Shown piece by piece: positions 1 to 7,492 of a stretch of DNA of 32,000 nucleotides. The stretch comes from Zestosphaera tikiterensis (lineage in GTDB: Archaea > Thermoproteota > Thermoprotei_A > Sulfolobales > NBVN01): positions 30,001 through 62,000 of the forward strand of contig NBVN01000004.1 in the NCBI GenBank assembly GCA_003056265.1, written 5' to 3'. Within the stretch, counting starts at the first letter, position 1. Each line of letters begins with the position of its first letter. Under the pieces are notes generated by a model. The model was not told the DNA's origin, made no database searches, and worked only from the letters and a program-made list of their open reading frames with translations. The position numbers were made by a program, and so were the translations under genes.

Positions 1-1
1 T

Positions 2-1294
2 AAAGGCACTAAATACGTTGGTGATCTGCCGGAGCTTTTAAAGCTTGTTCGTTTAGGCTTTGAATTCAGTTATGAAACGCCGGCTGATGAGTTAATTCAA
101 GAATACTTAAGTAAGACATATTATGATAAGGTTGTTAACGCCATAGAAACTAAAGCACCGTTATTTACGGTTAAAAACGTTAAATTCACGAAAACACCTC
201 CACCGCTGAATCTATTCTTCGAGTATTTAATGAATGAACATAACTCGCTTAACGAATTCAACAACTTACTTAGTGAGTTAAAGGTAAGTAAGTATGAAGG
301 GGTAGTAGTAGGTTGTAACGTTGAATGTCAAAACTACGGTGAAGTTATGAAATACGTTAACTTAGCTCTAAATGAAAGGTTAGTTGTCGGTATCGACGTA
401 CCGATAGACTTAACGAAAGTTGATATCGTTAAAGATTTACTGCGGTTGCCGGACATGATTTTCAACGTTACTAGTAAGGATTTAGATGTGCTTACTAAAT
501 ACTTAAGCAGTGAGCAAGTAGTTGTTGTAGTGCCTTCTAAAGAGGGTCTTAAAGACGTGGAGGAAGAGATAAATGAAATTATTTATAAACTTAATGAGGT
601 GGGGATAAACAAAGTTTTAATAGATCCTGTGGTTAAACCGCCGATGTTAGGTTTTTACGAAAGTCTTATCAGGTACTCAACATTAAACGCTAAAACACCT
701 TATCCTCTACTCATAGGTTTCTCAAACGTATATGAGTTACTTGATGTAGACTCGCATGGTGTTTTAGTTCTACTATCAAGCATAGCATTCGAGCTAGGTA
801 TTTCATCAGTTTTAATAACTGAATCAAGCGTTAAAGCAGGTGGAGCTTTAAAAGAAGCTTCAATATCTAGGGAAATGATCTACAGAGCATATGTTAAGAA
901 ATCACCACCGATTAACGTAGGAGTAGATCTACTCATAGTAAAGGATAAGAGAAAACTCACGGTAAAGCCTCCGAAGGTCGAGGAGGGTAGAATCACTTAC
1001 GTTACTGACGTCATACCCCCTAAAATGGAGGCTTCATATTATCTGAAAATATACGTCAATCATGAAGAAGGGAACATAATAGTGGATGTAGTATCTAGAG
1101 AATCCGATGAAGTTTTAAAAAGATACGTTGGTAAAAACCCCTTAAGTATAGGTAGGAAGCTGCTACGTGACTATATGTTAAGCGCTGAACACGTTCTCTA
1201 CTTGGGTTATGAACTCAGCAAAGCTGAAACCTCCTTAAAGTTAAGGAAGAACTACGTCCAAGATGAAGACCTATTTAAATTTAGCTACGCTTAA
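2..1294 (+). CDS. Dihydropteroate-synthase-like (pterin-binding barrel) protein with a DUF4346-like C-terminus; the 5' end lies outside the window
   Basis: Frame 2 is open from nt 2 into the listed ATG at 230 (KGTKYVGDLPELLKLVRLGFEFSYETPADELIQEYL...), so the 230 start is a track artefact. VLIDPVV..LLIGFSNVYELLDVDSHG..VLITESSVKAGGALKEA resembles the C-terminal half of DHPS-type barrels. The tail LYLGYELSKAE..YVQDE resembles DUF4346. Recognised from memory only. Confidence 0.6.
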   Translation, partial: KGTKYVGDLPELLKLVRLGFEFSYETPADELIQEYLSKTYYDKVVNAIETKAPLFTVKNVKFTKTPPPLNLFFEYLMNEHNSLNEFNNLLSELKVSKYEGVVVGCNVECQNYGEVMKYVNLALNERLVVGIDVPIDLTKVDIVKDLLRLPDMIFNVTSKDLDVLTKYLSSEQVVVVVPSKEGLKDVEEEINEIIYKLNEVGINKVLIDPVVKPPMLGFYESLIRYSTLNAKTPYPLLIGFSNVYELLDVDSHGVLVLLSSIAFELGISSVLITESSVKAGGALKEASISREMIYRAYVKKSPPINVGVDLLIVKDKRKLTVKPPKVEEGRITYVTDVIPPKMEASYYLKIYVNHEEGNIIVDVVSRESDEVLKRYVGKNPLSIGRKLLRDYMLSAEHVLYLGYELSKAETSLKLRKNYVQDEDLFKFSYA

Positions 1295-1345
1295 TTTTTA
1301 AGCCGTAGCTTGAGGTTCGTTATTTCTCAGTGTTTTTAAATACTT

Positions 1346-1486
1346 TTAATTGCTTTCTTCTATGGCTATAACGTTAATCTTTTTTCCGTGGAGCTTCTTG
1401 AGCTTCTCCTGGTATTCCTTTGGTGGGTATATTAGGTATCTTGTGCTGCTTTTAACTACTCTAGCTTTAAAGACGTATATCAGCAT
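1346..1486 (-). CDS. Small (46 aa) AbrB/SpoVT-like putative DNA-binding protein, below the ORF-track length cutoff
   Basis: My own translation of the minus strand gives MLIYVFKARVVKSSTRYLIYPPKEYQEKLKKLHGKKINVIAIEESN. The pattern xRYLIYPPKEYxEKLxxLHGKKINVIAI fits the swapped-hairpin 'IPKE..L.L..G..V.V' motif. A TATA-like cttttatg sits about 25-30 nt upstream on the minus strand, consistent with a leaderless ATG at 1486. Confidence 0.3.
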   Translation of the reverse strand: MLIYVFKARVVKSSTRYLIYPPKEYQEKLKKLHGKKINVIAIEESN

Positions 1487-1552
1487 ATATTCACTCACCA
1501 AGATGTGGTCTGTGCATAAAAGCTCATAAATCTATACACCAATAGAGTCTTT

Positions 1553-1628
1553 AGGTGTTTACAACTGAAAGCCCGCTTCTTTAAGGCGGGGATGAAGGTT
1601 TATAAGTTGTTTCTTCTAATTTGTTTTT
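1553..1628 (+). ncRNA. Candidate small RNA (element A), paralog of the element at 12651-12725
   Basis: AGGTGTTTACAACTGAAAGCC, then a 7-bp hairpin (1572-1578/1584-1590, including a T-G wobble valid only on the + strand RNA), then GGATGAAGGT. It begins about 25 nt downstream of the AT-rich cataaaagctcataaa (1515-1530) and is followed by the T-run ttgttttt (1621-1628). Confidence 0.35.
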
Positions 1629-1639
1629 ACAGTGATGAT

Positions 1640-1955
1640 GTTTAATGTGTGTGGGAGGTAAGCCTTAAACAAATCAATCAAGGCATACGCACAACCCATA
1701 CAATGCCTCCCACGTGAAGTTTTGAGGCTTTCGAGGCCGATGATTGATGGAGGTGTCCCGTAACTCCCTTAAGGAGGGGTATCGCCCAAGACCCAGCAGT
1801 GAAACCCCGCTTTAAAAGCGGGAAGAGGGTCATACGCCATTTATTATCCTGAGCGGATTCAACGACTAGATGGGTATTTAAACCACTCATATAAGCAAGC
1901 GTCTGAATCAACAGGAGGGAAATTAGAAAAACCGCCTCTTCAAAACCTTTAAGGT
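1640..1955. ncRNA. Structured non-coding block of unresolved identity and strand
   Basis: No convincing CDS. Several stems are present: gtgggagg 1651-1658/cctcccac 1706-1713; gaccc 1790-1794/gggtc 1827-1831 enclosing the hairpin ccccgc 1805-1810/gcggg 1818-1822; gattca 1856-1861/tgaatc 1904-1909. By eye it is GC-richer than the flanking spacer. Confidence 0.25.
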
Positions 1956-2906
1956 TCACATAGAAGGCCTCCGTTTAATCATTATATAAAATAAGAATGA
2001 TAGACAGAGGATCGTCAAGAAAGCAACGCCGACTAAGGAGGGTTCAACCAGCGCTGGACTGGCATACGATCCCGACGTGGTTAAGGAAGATGTGGTTAGG
2101 GACGTAGGGCTTGGCTGTGAGGAGACAGAAGTTGACGAAGATATTTCACTTACCGGTGCGTGATCGTAACTTGAGGGTATCATAGCATATTCAAGAGATT
2201 CAACGTATAGCGAGTAAGAACGAATGTTTTTAGTAAGCCACCATTCCTCAACAACTACTTCGTAGTTGGTTTTTTCGTGAGGTCCAATCTCATATATGTA
2301 GGTTTCTGTCGCTGTTATTACACGTCCCGCCTCATCATAACAGGCAACAGCGACCTTCACGATATCGGCTTTAGAGTCACCGGTGTTTTCAATCTCACCG
2401 CTTATACTTAATTTCTGATCAATGTAAATTTGTGTTTTGCTTGACAAAATCTTAAGCTTTTCAGGCTTAGGGTTTGTAGTGGTGTACTTAACGTCAAATT
2501 TATAGCTACTAACCTTACTTGCGGCTGCAGTGCTTAAATACAGTTCAAAGGGTGATTTCGCTCCAGCAGGTAAAACATCTAGAAACGGACTACCGATTTT
2601 CTCACCGATTACGTTACCGCTTGCGTCAAAGAACGTTACAGTAATTATTATGTTTGAGGCCGCGGAACTGCCCCTATTTTCAATCTCTCCGTAAACTACG
2701 TAGTAACCTAACGCGTTTATACGACCCATGTGATTAGGCAGAACAACCAATTCCTCGGCAGAGGTTGTCTGATAGAGAGCAGTAAACATAACATTCACCA
2801 ACGTTATGAACATCAAGACAAAAATAATGGAAGTTTTAATCCTCCCTAAGCTTAAGCCATTGAAAGACATCACATTCTTTAAAAACTTTAACAGGAAGTT
2901 CACCAC
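1956..2906 (-). CDS. Secreted or surface-anchored protein with two FxLYD-like beta-sandwich repeats, a Ser/Thr-rich stalk and a C-terminal TM anchor
   Basis: N-terminal TM/signal segment (IIFVLMFITLVNVMFTALY). Internal duplication: VVYGEIENRGSSAASNIIITVTFFDASGNVIG..PFELYL versus LSISGEIENTGDSKADIVKVAVACYDEAGRVI. STSVSSQPSPTSLTTSSLTTSGS linker, then VGVAFLTILCLSFLFYIMIKRR. GTG start. Confidence 0.65.
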   Translation of the reverse strand: MVNFLLKFLKNVMSFNGLSLGRIKTSIIFVLMFITLVNVMFTALYQTTSAEELVVLPNHMGRINALGYYVVYGEIENRGSSAASNIIITVTFFDASGNVIGEKIGSPFLDVLPAGAKSPFELYLSTAAASKVSSYKFDVKYTTTNPKPEKLKILSSKTQIYIDQKLSISGEIENTGDSKADIVKVAVACYDEAGRVITATETYIYEIGPHEKTNYEVVVEEWWLTKNIRSYSLYVESLEYAMIPSSYDHAPVSEISSSTSVSSQPSPTSLTTSSLTTSGSYASPALVEPSLVGVAFLTILCLSFLFYIMIKRRPSM

Positions 2907-3140
2907 TTAACAAACGCAACCGAAGTTTAAAAACTTATCTCTACTGAGTGAGATCCCGCTTCCACTTGACTAACATAACACTTATATACCTTCCTTAAAG
3001 CTTAAGTATTTAAAACATTAATCCTTATATTTATTTACAACGTTGCCAAGAATCTCGGAGTTCTTAAATCGTCAATACCCTGTATTATTGGTGGAAGGCA
3101 CGTTGTTCTCTATTACGATAAAGTTTAGATTTCGAACTTA

Positions 3141-3400
3141 TAGAGTTATGTTAGAGGATAATCTAGCACATCAAGAAATAAAACGCTTACTTCTCTACCT
3201 AGTAATGAAGCAACAGAAGGCGTTGTTCTTCCTTCATCACCTGTTATCAATTCCTTAACGTAAAGACCGCTAGAGTTATGTTAGAGGATAATCTAGCACA
3301 TCAAGAAATAAAACGCTTACTTCTCTACCTAGTAATGAAGCAACAGAAGGCGTTGTTCTTCCTTCATCACCTGTTATCAATTCCTTAACGTAAAGACCGC
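3141..3400. repeat. Perfect tandem direct duplication, 2 x 130 bp (3141-3270 and 3271-3400)
   Basis: Base-by-base reading shows the two copies are identical. The flanks differ (3140 a vs 3270 c; 3272 a vs 3402 t). Each unit carries the last ~41 codons, the stop and 5 nt of 3' flank of the minus-strand pus10 gene. Confidence 0.95.
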
Positions 3401-4571
3401 TTTCACATTTTAGAATTAGTTCTGCTACATGATCGTTGAGGAGTTTCCCATTAACGGAATAAACCTTCCGCGTTCTTAAGACGTCTTTCTTTCTTTTAAG
3501 TATTCTCTTAGGTGTTCTTTGTCTAATTTCACAGTTGTTTAATGCTGTGAATATCCTCAGCAAGTCCTCATTTGTAAAAGGTTTATCGGAGTATATGATA
3601 GCTCTATATGTTTTAGGTTTCTTAGACTGCTTAATCTCCCTAACTAGTGAGAGGTCAGCATATCCCTCAATTTTTATTGAGACCCAAGGCTCTTCTTTAA
3701 GTGTTTCGTTAACTATATTTAAGTTAACGCCTCTAATTTTAGGATTTAACACCTCTATAACTATAGGTCTGCCGTTCCCCATCATACGAACGTCTACATC
3801 CTCACGTCCAGCCGCATGTATGTTTATACCGTCAGCTTTGAATAACGTTCTAACCTTCTCCGCAACACCCTCTATTGATAAGGGATACCTCTTAGTGCCT
3901 TCTCTCGTAAACCACCATCTTTGAGAAATGTTCCTACCTAACTTAAGATAGCGGCCGTATATGTAGACAGGCTTAACAACCACCTTCACGGAGTTCTTAT
4001 CTAAGTTTATTATAGCTACGGCGTCAGGCTTCTTAAAATCCGGGGGTATGTTTAACAACCCCTGAACGCGTTTACCCACCTCCCTCCTAATCTCCCTTCT
4101 AATGCTTTCCCAAGTATCTATACCCAACCCTTCGAAAACGTGTTTTTCCTTAAGCTCTATATTTGAGTTTTTCTCCACACCTATTAGGAACGATGTAATG
4201 CTATACTCCTTTAAAGCCTCCACTACTTTAACCGTTAACTCACCTATTAAATGGTTTAAACTATCTTCACATACGACGCACTTATTAACTTTAACCTCAC
4301 CTATTAAGTTCCGAGCTATTGTGGTCACAGGCTCTCCTGAATTACTTGCTATAGTTAGTAATTCCTCCTTAACCTCATCTAAGCTTCTACTGTTTAAAGC
4401 TTTCCTATGTATCTCCATAGCTATTAAGGTTTTAAGCGCTCTCCCCCTTTCAGCGTTGCTTAAACCTAAGCCATATTTAGCGAAAAGCCTACCTAAACAC
4501 CTATCGCAGAGGGGGTACTTCTTAAGAACCTCAAATGCTTTGTTAAGGATGTCATCTATATTACGAGACAT
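3276..4571 (-). CDS. pus10: tRNA pseudouridine(54/55) synthase Pus10
   Basis: N-terminal Zn-binding PLCDRCLGRLFAKYG and CVVCED, a THUMP-like middle and a pseudouridine-synthase C-terminal half. About 430 aa, typical of archaeal Pus10. Overlaps the SRP54 stop by 11 nt. Confidence 0.85.
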   Translation of the reverse strand: MSRNIDDILNKAFEVLKKYPLCDRCLGRLFAKYGLGLSNAERGRALKTLIAMEIHRKALNSRSLDEVKEELLTIASNSGEPVTTIARNLIGEVKVNKCVVCEDSLNHLIGELTVKVVEALKEYSITSFLIGVEKNSNIELKEKHVFEGLGIDTWESIRREIRREVGKRVQGLLNIPPDFKKPDAVAIINLDKNSVKVVVKPVYIYGRYLKLGRNISQRWWFTREGTKRYPLSIEGVAEKVRTLFKADGINIHAAGREDVDVRMMGNGRPIVIEVLNPKIRGVNLNIVNETLKEEPWVSIKIEGYADLSLVREIKQSKKPKTYRAIIYSDKPFTNEDLLRIFTALNNCEIRQRTPKRILKRKKDVLRTRKVYSVNGKLLNDHVAELILKCESGLYVKELITGDEGRTTPSVASLLGREVSVLFLDVLDYPLT

Positions 4572-5898
4572 CCTTAAGACCTAACCTCTTTAGGACGTCT
4601 TTCCTGCTTCTCAACGTCTTAATAGTTGATTTAAGAGTTTCATAGTACTGAAGCAATTCCCTAACATCGTCGGGTTTTACGCCGGAACCTCTAGCAATTC
4701 TGTAGATTCTCTTCCTATCTATTATGCTTGGGTTAGCTAACTCTTTATAAGTCATTGAATCCATTATGTTTAACCACCTACTCATTTTTTCTTCAGACAT
4801 GCGTAGCTTATCATCCTCTAAAGGTAACGTGATAAAACCTGGGATCATCTGAAGGACTTTCCTCAGAGGGCCTAACTTCTTGAGGGATTTAATCTGTACG
4901 TATACATCCCTTAAGTCTATCCTCCCCGTAACCACAGCCTTCTCAAGTCTCTTCTGAACCTCCTCACTTTCTTCTAACGCTTTAAACTTTTCAAGTAGGG
5001 TTTCTAAGTCCCCAAGCCCTAAAAGCCTTGAGACGAATTTCCTCGGGTTAAACGGCTCTATATCTTCCAGTTTTTCTCCATCACCGATGAACTTTATCTT
5101 AGCCCCTGTAGCGACTACAGCTGAGAGTGCACCACCACCTTTAGCCGTACCATCGAATTTAGTTATGAATATAGAACCTACGGGTGTTTTTTCATGGAAT
5201 CTCCTAGCTAAGTCGTAAGCTTTTTGACCTATGTAAGCATCTATAACTAACATAACCTCATCAGGTTTTAACTTATTGGCTAAGTTCTCCATCTCGTTAA
5301 GTAGGTATTCCTCTTCCCCATATCCGTGTCTTCCAGCCGTATCTATAATTACTAAGCTACAGCCCTCCCTTAAGGCGTTTTTCAAGCTTTGAAATCCTAT
5401 CTCTACTGGATCGCCGCCGTCTTTAACTCCATAGAAGGGAACATTAAGTTTTTCAGCTATTTGTTTCAGTTGGTCGTAGGCGGCTGGTCTGTAAACGTCT
5501 GTTGTTATTAAGCAAGGCTTATAACCTAGTTTTTTATAGTAGTAAGCCAGCTTACCAGCACTCGTTGTTTTACCACTTCCTTGAATTCCTACAAGCATTA
5601 TAACCCACGGTATCTTCTTAGGTAGGATTTCAGCAGATTCCCCTCCGAATAACTCAACAAGGCTATCGTAAACGATTTTAACAAACCATTCACGTTTTAG
5701 AATGCCTGGCGGGGGTTCAGTTTTTAAAGCACGTTCTTTAATTTTACTTGTTAAATCTAAAACTAACTTCACGTTTACGTCGGCTTTTATTAAATCTTTT
5801 TGAAGTTCCTTAATAAATTCGTTGACGGACTCCTCATATGAACCTTTACCTTTGATAAAATTTGTTATTAAGTCTTTTAACCTTCCTAAGGAAGACAT
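4561..5898 (-). CDS. srp54: Signal recognition particle protein SRP54
   Basis: GIQGSGKTTSAGKLA (P-loop), DTAGRH, TKFDGTAKGGGALS, Met-rich M domain (MSEEKMSRWLNIMDSMT). Confidence 0.95.
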   Translation of the reverse strand: MSSLGRLKDLITNFIKGKGSYEESVNEFIKELQKDLIKADVNVKLVLDLTSKIKERALKTEPPPGILKREWFVKIVYDSLVELFGGESAEILPKKIPWVIMLVGIQGSGKTTSAGKLAYYYKKLGYKPCLITTDVYRPAAYDQLKQIAEKLNVPFYGVKDGGDPVEIGFQSLKNALREGCSLVIIDTAGRHGYGEEEYLLNEMENLANKLKPDEVMLVIDAYIGQKAYDLARRFHEKTPVGSIFITKFDGTAKGGGALSAVVATGAKIKFIGDGEKLEDIEPFNPRKFVSRLLGLGDLETLLEKFKALEESEEVQKRLEKAVVTGRIDLRDVYVQIKSLKKLGPLRKVLQMIPGFITLPLEDDKLRMSEEKMSRWLNIMDSMTYKELANPSIIDRKRIYRIARGSGVKPDDVRELLQYYETLKSTIKTLRSRKDVLKRLGLKDVS

Positions 5899-6305
5899 TA
5901 AGCTCCCTTAAGGACTCTAATGATTTTCCTCCTACCCATCATAACCCAATACTCTACTTCCGCTCCAGGGGCAAGCTTACTTCGAACTTCCTCTTCGTCA
6001 GGCATTTCAGCTTCGAAGGTTTCGTAAGTTTCTAAATCCATTAGCTGAACGTTAGAACCTACTACAGCTATGACCTGCGCGGTTCTCTTATCTACGATAG
6101 GAACCTCAACTTTCTGATCCACTGGAGCAACTAAAGTTTTCTTAGCGCCTGTAAAGAGACCTACAGCAACCACATGTGCTTTAGCGCTTCCGTGTTTTCC
6201 AGTTTTAGCTTTACTTAACTCAACAATTCTGCATGGTTCGCCGTCGATAACTATATAGCTACCCACCCTAAGCTCGCCAAGCTCCGCATAATTAACGCCA
6301 CTCAT
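5898..6305 (-). CDS. eif5a: Translation initiation factor 5A (aIF5A)
   Basis: Hypusine loop [15 protein letters not shown]. 135 aa. GGTGAT Shine-Dalgarno sequence upstream. TAATG overlap with the srp54 start. Confidence 0.95.
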   Translation of the reverse strand: MSGVNYAELGELRVGSYIVIDGEPCRIVELSKAKTGKHGSAKAHVVAVGLFTGAKKTLVAPVDQKVEVPIVDKRTAQVIAVVGSNVQLMDLETYETFEAEMPDEEEVRSKLAPGAEVEYWVMMGRRKIIRVLKGA

Positions 6306-6620
6306 ACCATCACCTTAACACTATGTCTTAATAAACCCTAATAAATGTTAACTAATCCCGTTGCTTAAACGATAAGTAAGCTGTAATTATTGAATGTCTA
6401 TTACCGCAATTAGAAACTTCACCCACAATTATAGTGGAGTTAACGCTCACCTCTTAGTAAGTCCGCTAATTTCGTTAACTCCTAAAATCTTAGGAAAAGC
6501 TAGGCAGTTCTGACGATAACTATCGTTGTTAGAGATGGTATATACTCCATGCTATAAATCGAGTATAAGTTTAGTTTATGTACTCTTTATTAATTTAACC
6601 AGCAATGTAATTAACTGGGG

Positions 6621-6935
6621 ATGTGTATGGAGGTAAGTATTTCAACCCTCACAGCATCTATGTTTTTTATCTTGTTAGCTTTTAGCGTGTTAGGGATATT
6701 GCTTGGTTTTAACGTCGGGATAATAGTAGGTGCTGACCTCACTGTATTTTCGATTATGTTTCTAGTATACGGAGCTAAAGTTAAGAAGGAGAAGGTCTTA
6801 TACGTATTTTGGGGTCTTTTAACGTTGGTTTTAGCTATAACCATAACGATCTCAACGATCTACGGTTTCATATACGGGTTAATAGCGTTGTTTATCGGTA
6901 TAGGAGTGCTGATTCTTTATGCAGGTAAGCGTTAA
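6621..6935 (+). CDS. Small polytopic membrane protein (3-4 TM), unknown function
   Basis: Almost entirely hydrophobic helices with one KVKKEK loop. It lies 54 nt upstream of, and co-oriented with, the 6989-10477 module. Confidence 0.55.
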   Translation: MCMEVSISTLTASMFFILLAFSVLGILLGFNVGIIVGADLTVFSIMFLVYGAKVKKEKVLYVFWGLLTLVLAITITISTIYGFIYGLIALFIGIGVLILYAGKR

Positions 6936-6988
6936 ACTTATTAAGTCTCAAAGGGGTTTATTTACTGTAGGTGATTGGTGATTAGGCT

Positions 6989-7492
6989 TTGACTAAAGAG
7001 AAAAGTGCTTTAGAGAAGCTTTTAGATCTTCTACCAGGTTTTCACGGGTATAAAGCGAAGGAATACCTAAGGGAGGATGATCAGCTTATTAGAGAGTATG
7101 TTTACAACATACTGGCTGATAGCGTTAGAAATATAGAGAACTCCATAGCTAGGGCATCTACGTATGATTTTAATAGTGCTGAAATTCTTAACGAGTATTT
7201 AAGGGATCTTAGATTGTTGATGGATAAGATTAGGTGGGCTGAGCACGGCTACTCCCCGCATTACGACCTTGTCAAGGTAAAGAATGAAGATCTTGAGAAA
7301 ATAAGGGAAATAGATGAGAAGTTAGTTTCTATTGCTATAGACATAAAGAATAAGAGTGTTGAGATTTTAAACGATTCAGAGCTTGGTAATCCGTTAAGAC
7401 CTAAGATAAATGAGCTGAAAAACCTTACATCTAGGGTTAGGGAGATTATTTTTGAAAGAGAAAAACAAATTAAAGGTTGGGGCGGTAAGTAA
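6989..7492 (+). CDS. All-helical, coiled-coil-like protein of unknown function; first gene of the SPFH/Zn-ribbon module
   Basis: TTG start preceded by duplicated GGTGAT (6971-6976, 6978-6983). N-terminal LPGFHGYKAKEYLREDDQLIRE motif, and charged heptad-like sequence throughout. Its stop overlaps the next start (TAATG at 7490-7494). Confidence 0.6.
   Translation: MTKEKSALEKLLDLLPGFHGYKAKEYLREDDQLIREYVYNILADSVRNIENSIARASTYDFNSAEILNEYLRDLRLLMDKIRWAEHGYSPHYDLVKVKNEDLEKIREIDEKLVSIAIDIKNKSVEILNDSELGNPLRPKINELKNLTSRVREIIFEREKQIKGWGGK

Noticed and set aside
1553-1628. Canonical box C/D sRNA reading of elements A and B
   Set aside because: CUGA and GAUGA are present in D'/C' order. However, there is no upstream C box about 12 nt before the CUGA and no terminal D box about 12 nt after the GAUGA in either copy.
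1651-1716. H/ACA guide RNA on the minus strand (8-bp stem GUGGGAGG/CCUCCCAC followed immediately by ACA)
   Set aside because: The interior cannot form a pseudouridylation pocket. The 5' side would be about 21 nt and the 3' side about 3 nt, and there is no upper stem with a K-turn or K-loop. The ACA is probably coincidental.
1678-1959. 93-aa minus-strand ORF overlapping the stop of the surface-protein gene (GTGA)
   Set aside because: It starts at GTG. Its composition is atypical for this genome (W/H/S-rich, few K/E). It also lies exactly over a set of nested RNA-like stems. I treat it as a probable non-gene, though a small membrane protein cannot be fully excluded.
3043-3258. 71-aa + strand ORF
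   Set aside because: It starts at TTG and reads antisense through copy 1 of the 130-bp duplication, which is itself pus10 C-terminal coding sequence. It is an artefact of the duplication.
3535-4584. Two + strand ORFs (3535-3924, 4102-4584) inside pus10
   Set aside because: These are antisense shadow ORFs with the Ser/Leu/Thr-rich composition typical of the complement of Lys/Glu-rich genes. The pus10 motifs on the minus strand are unambiguous.
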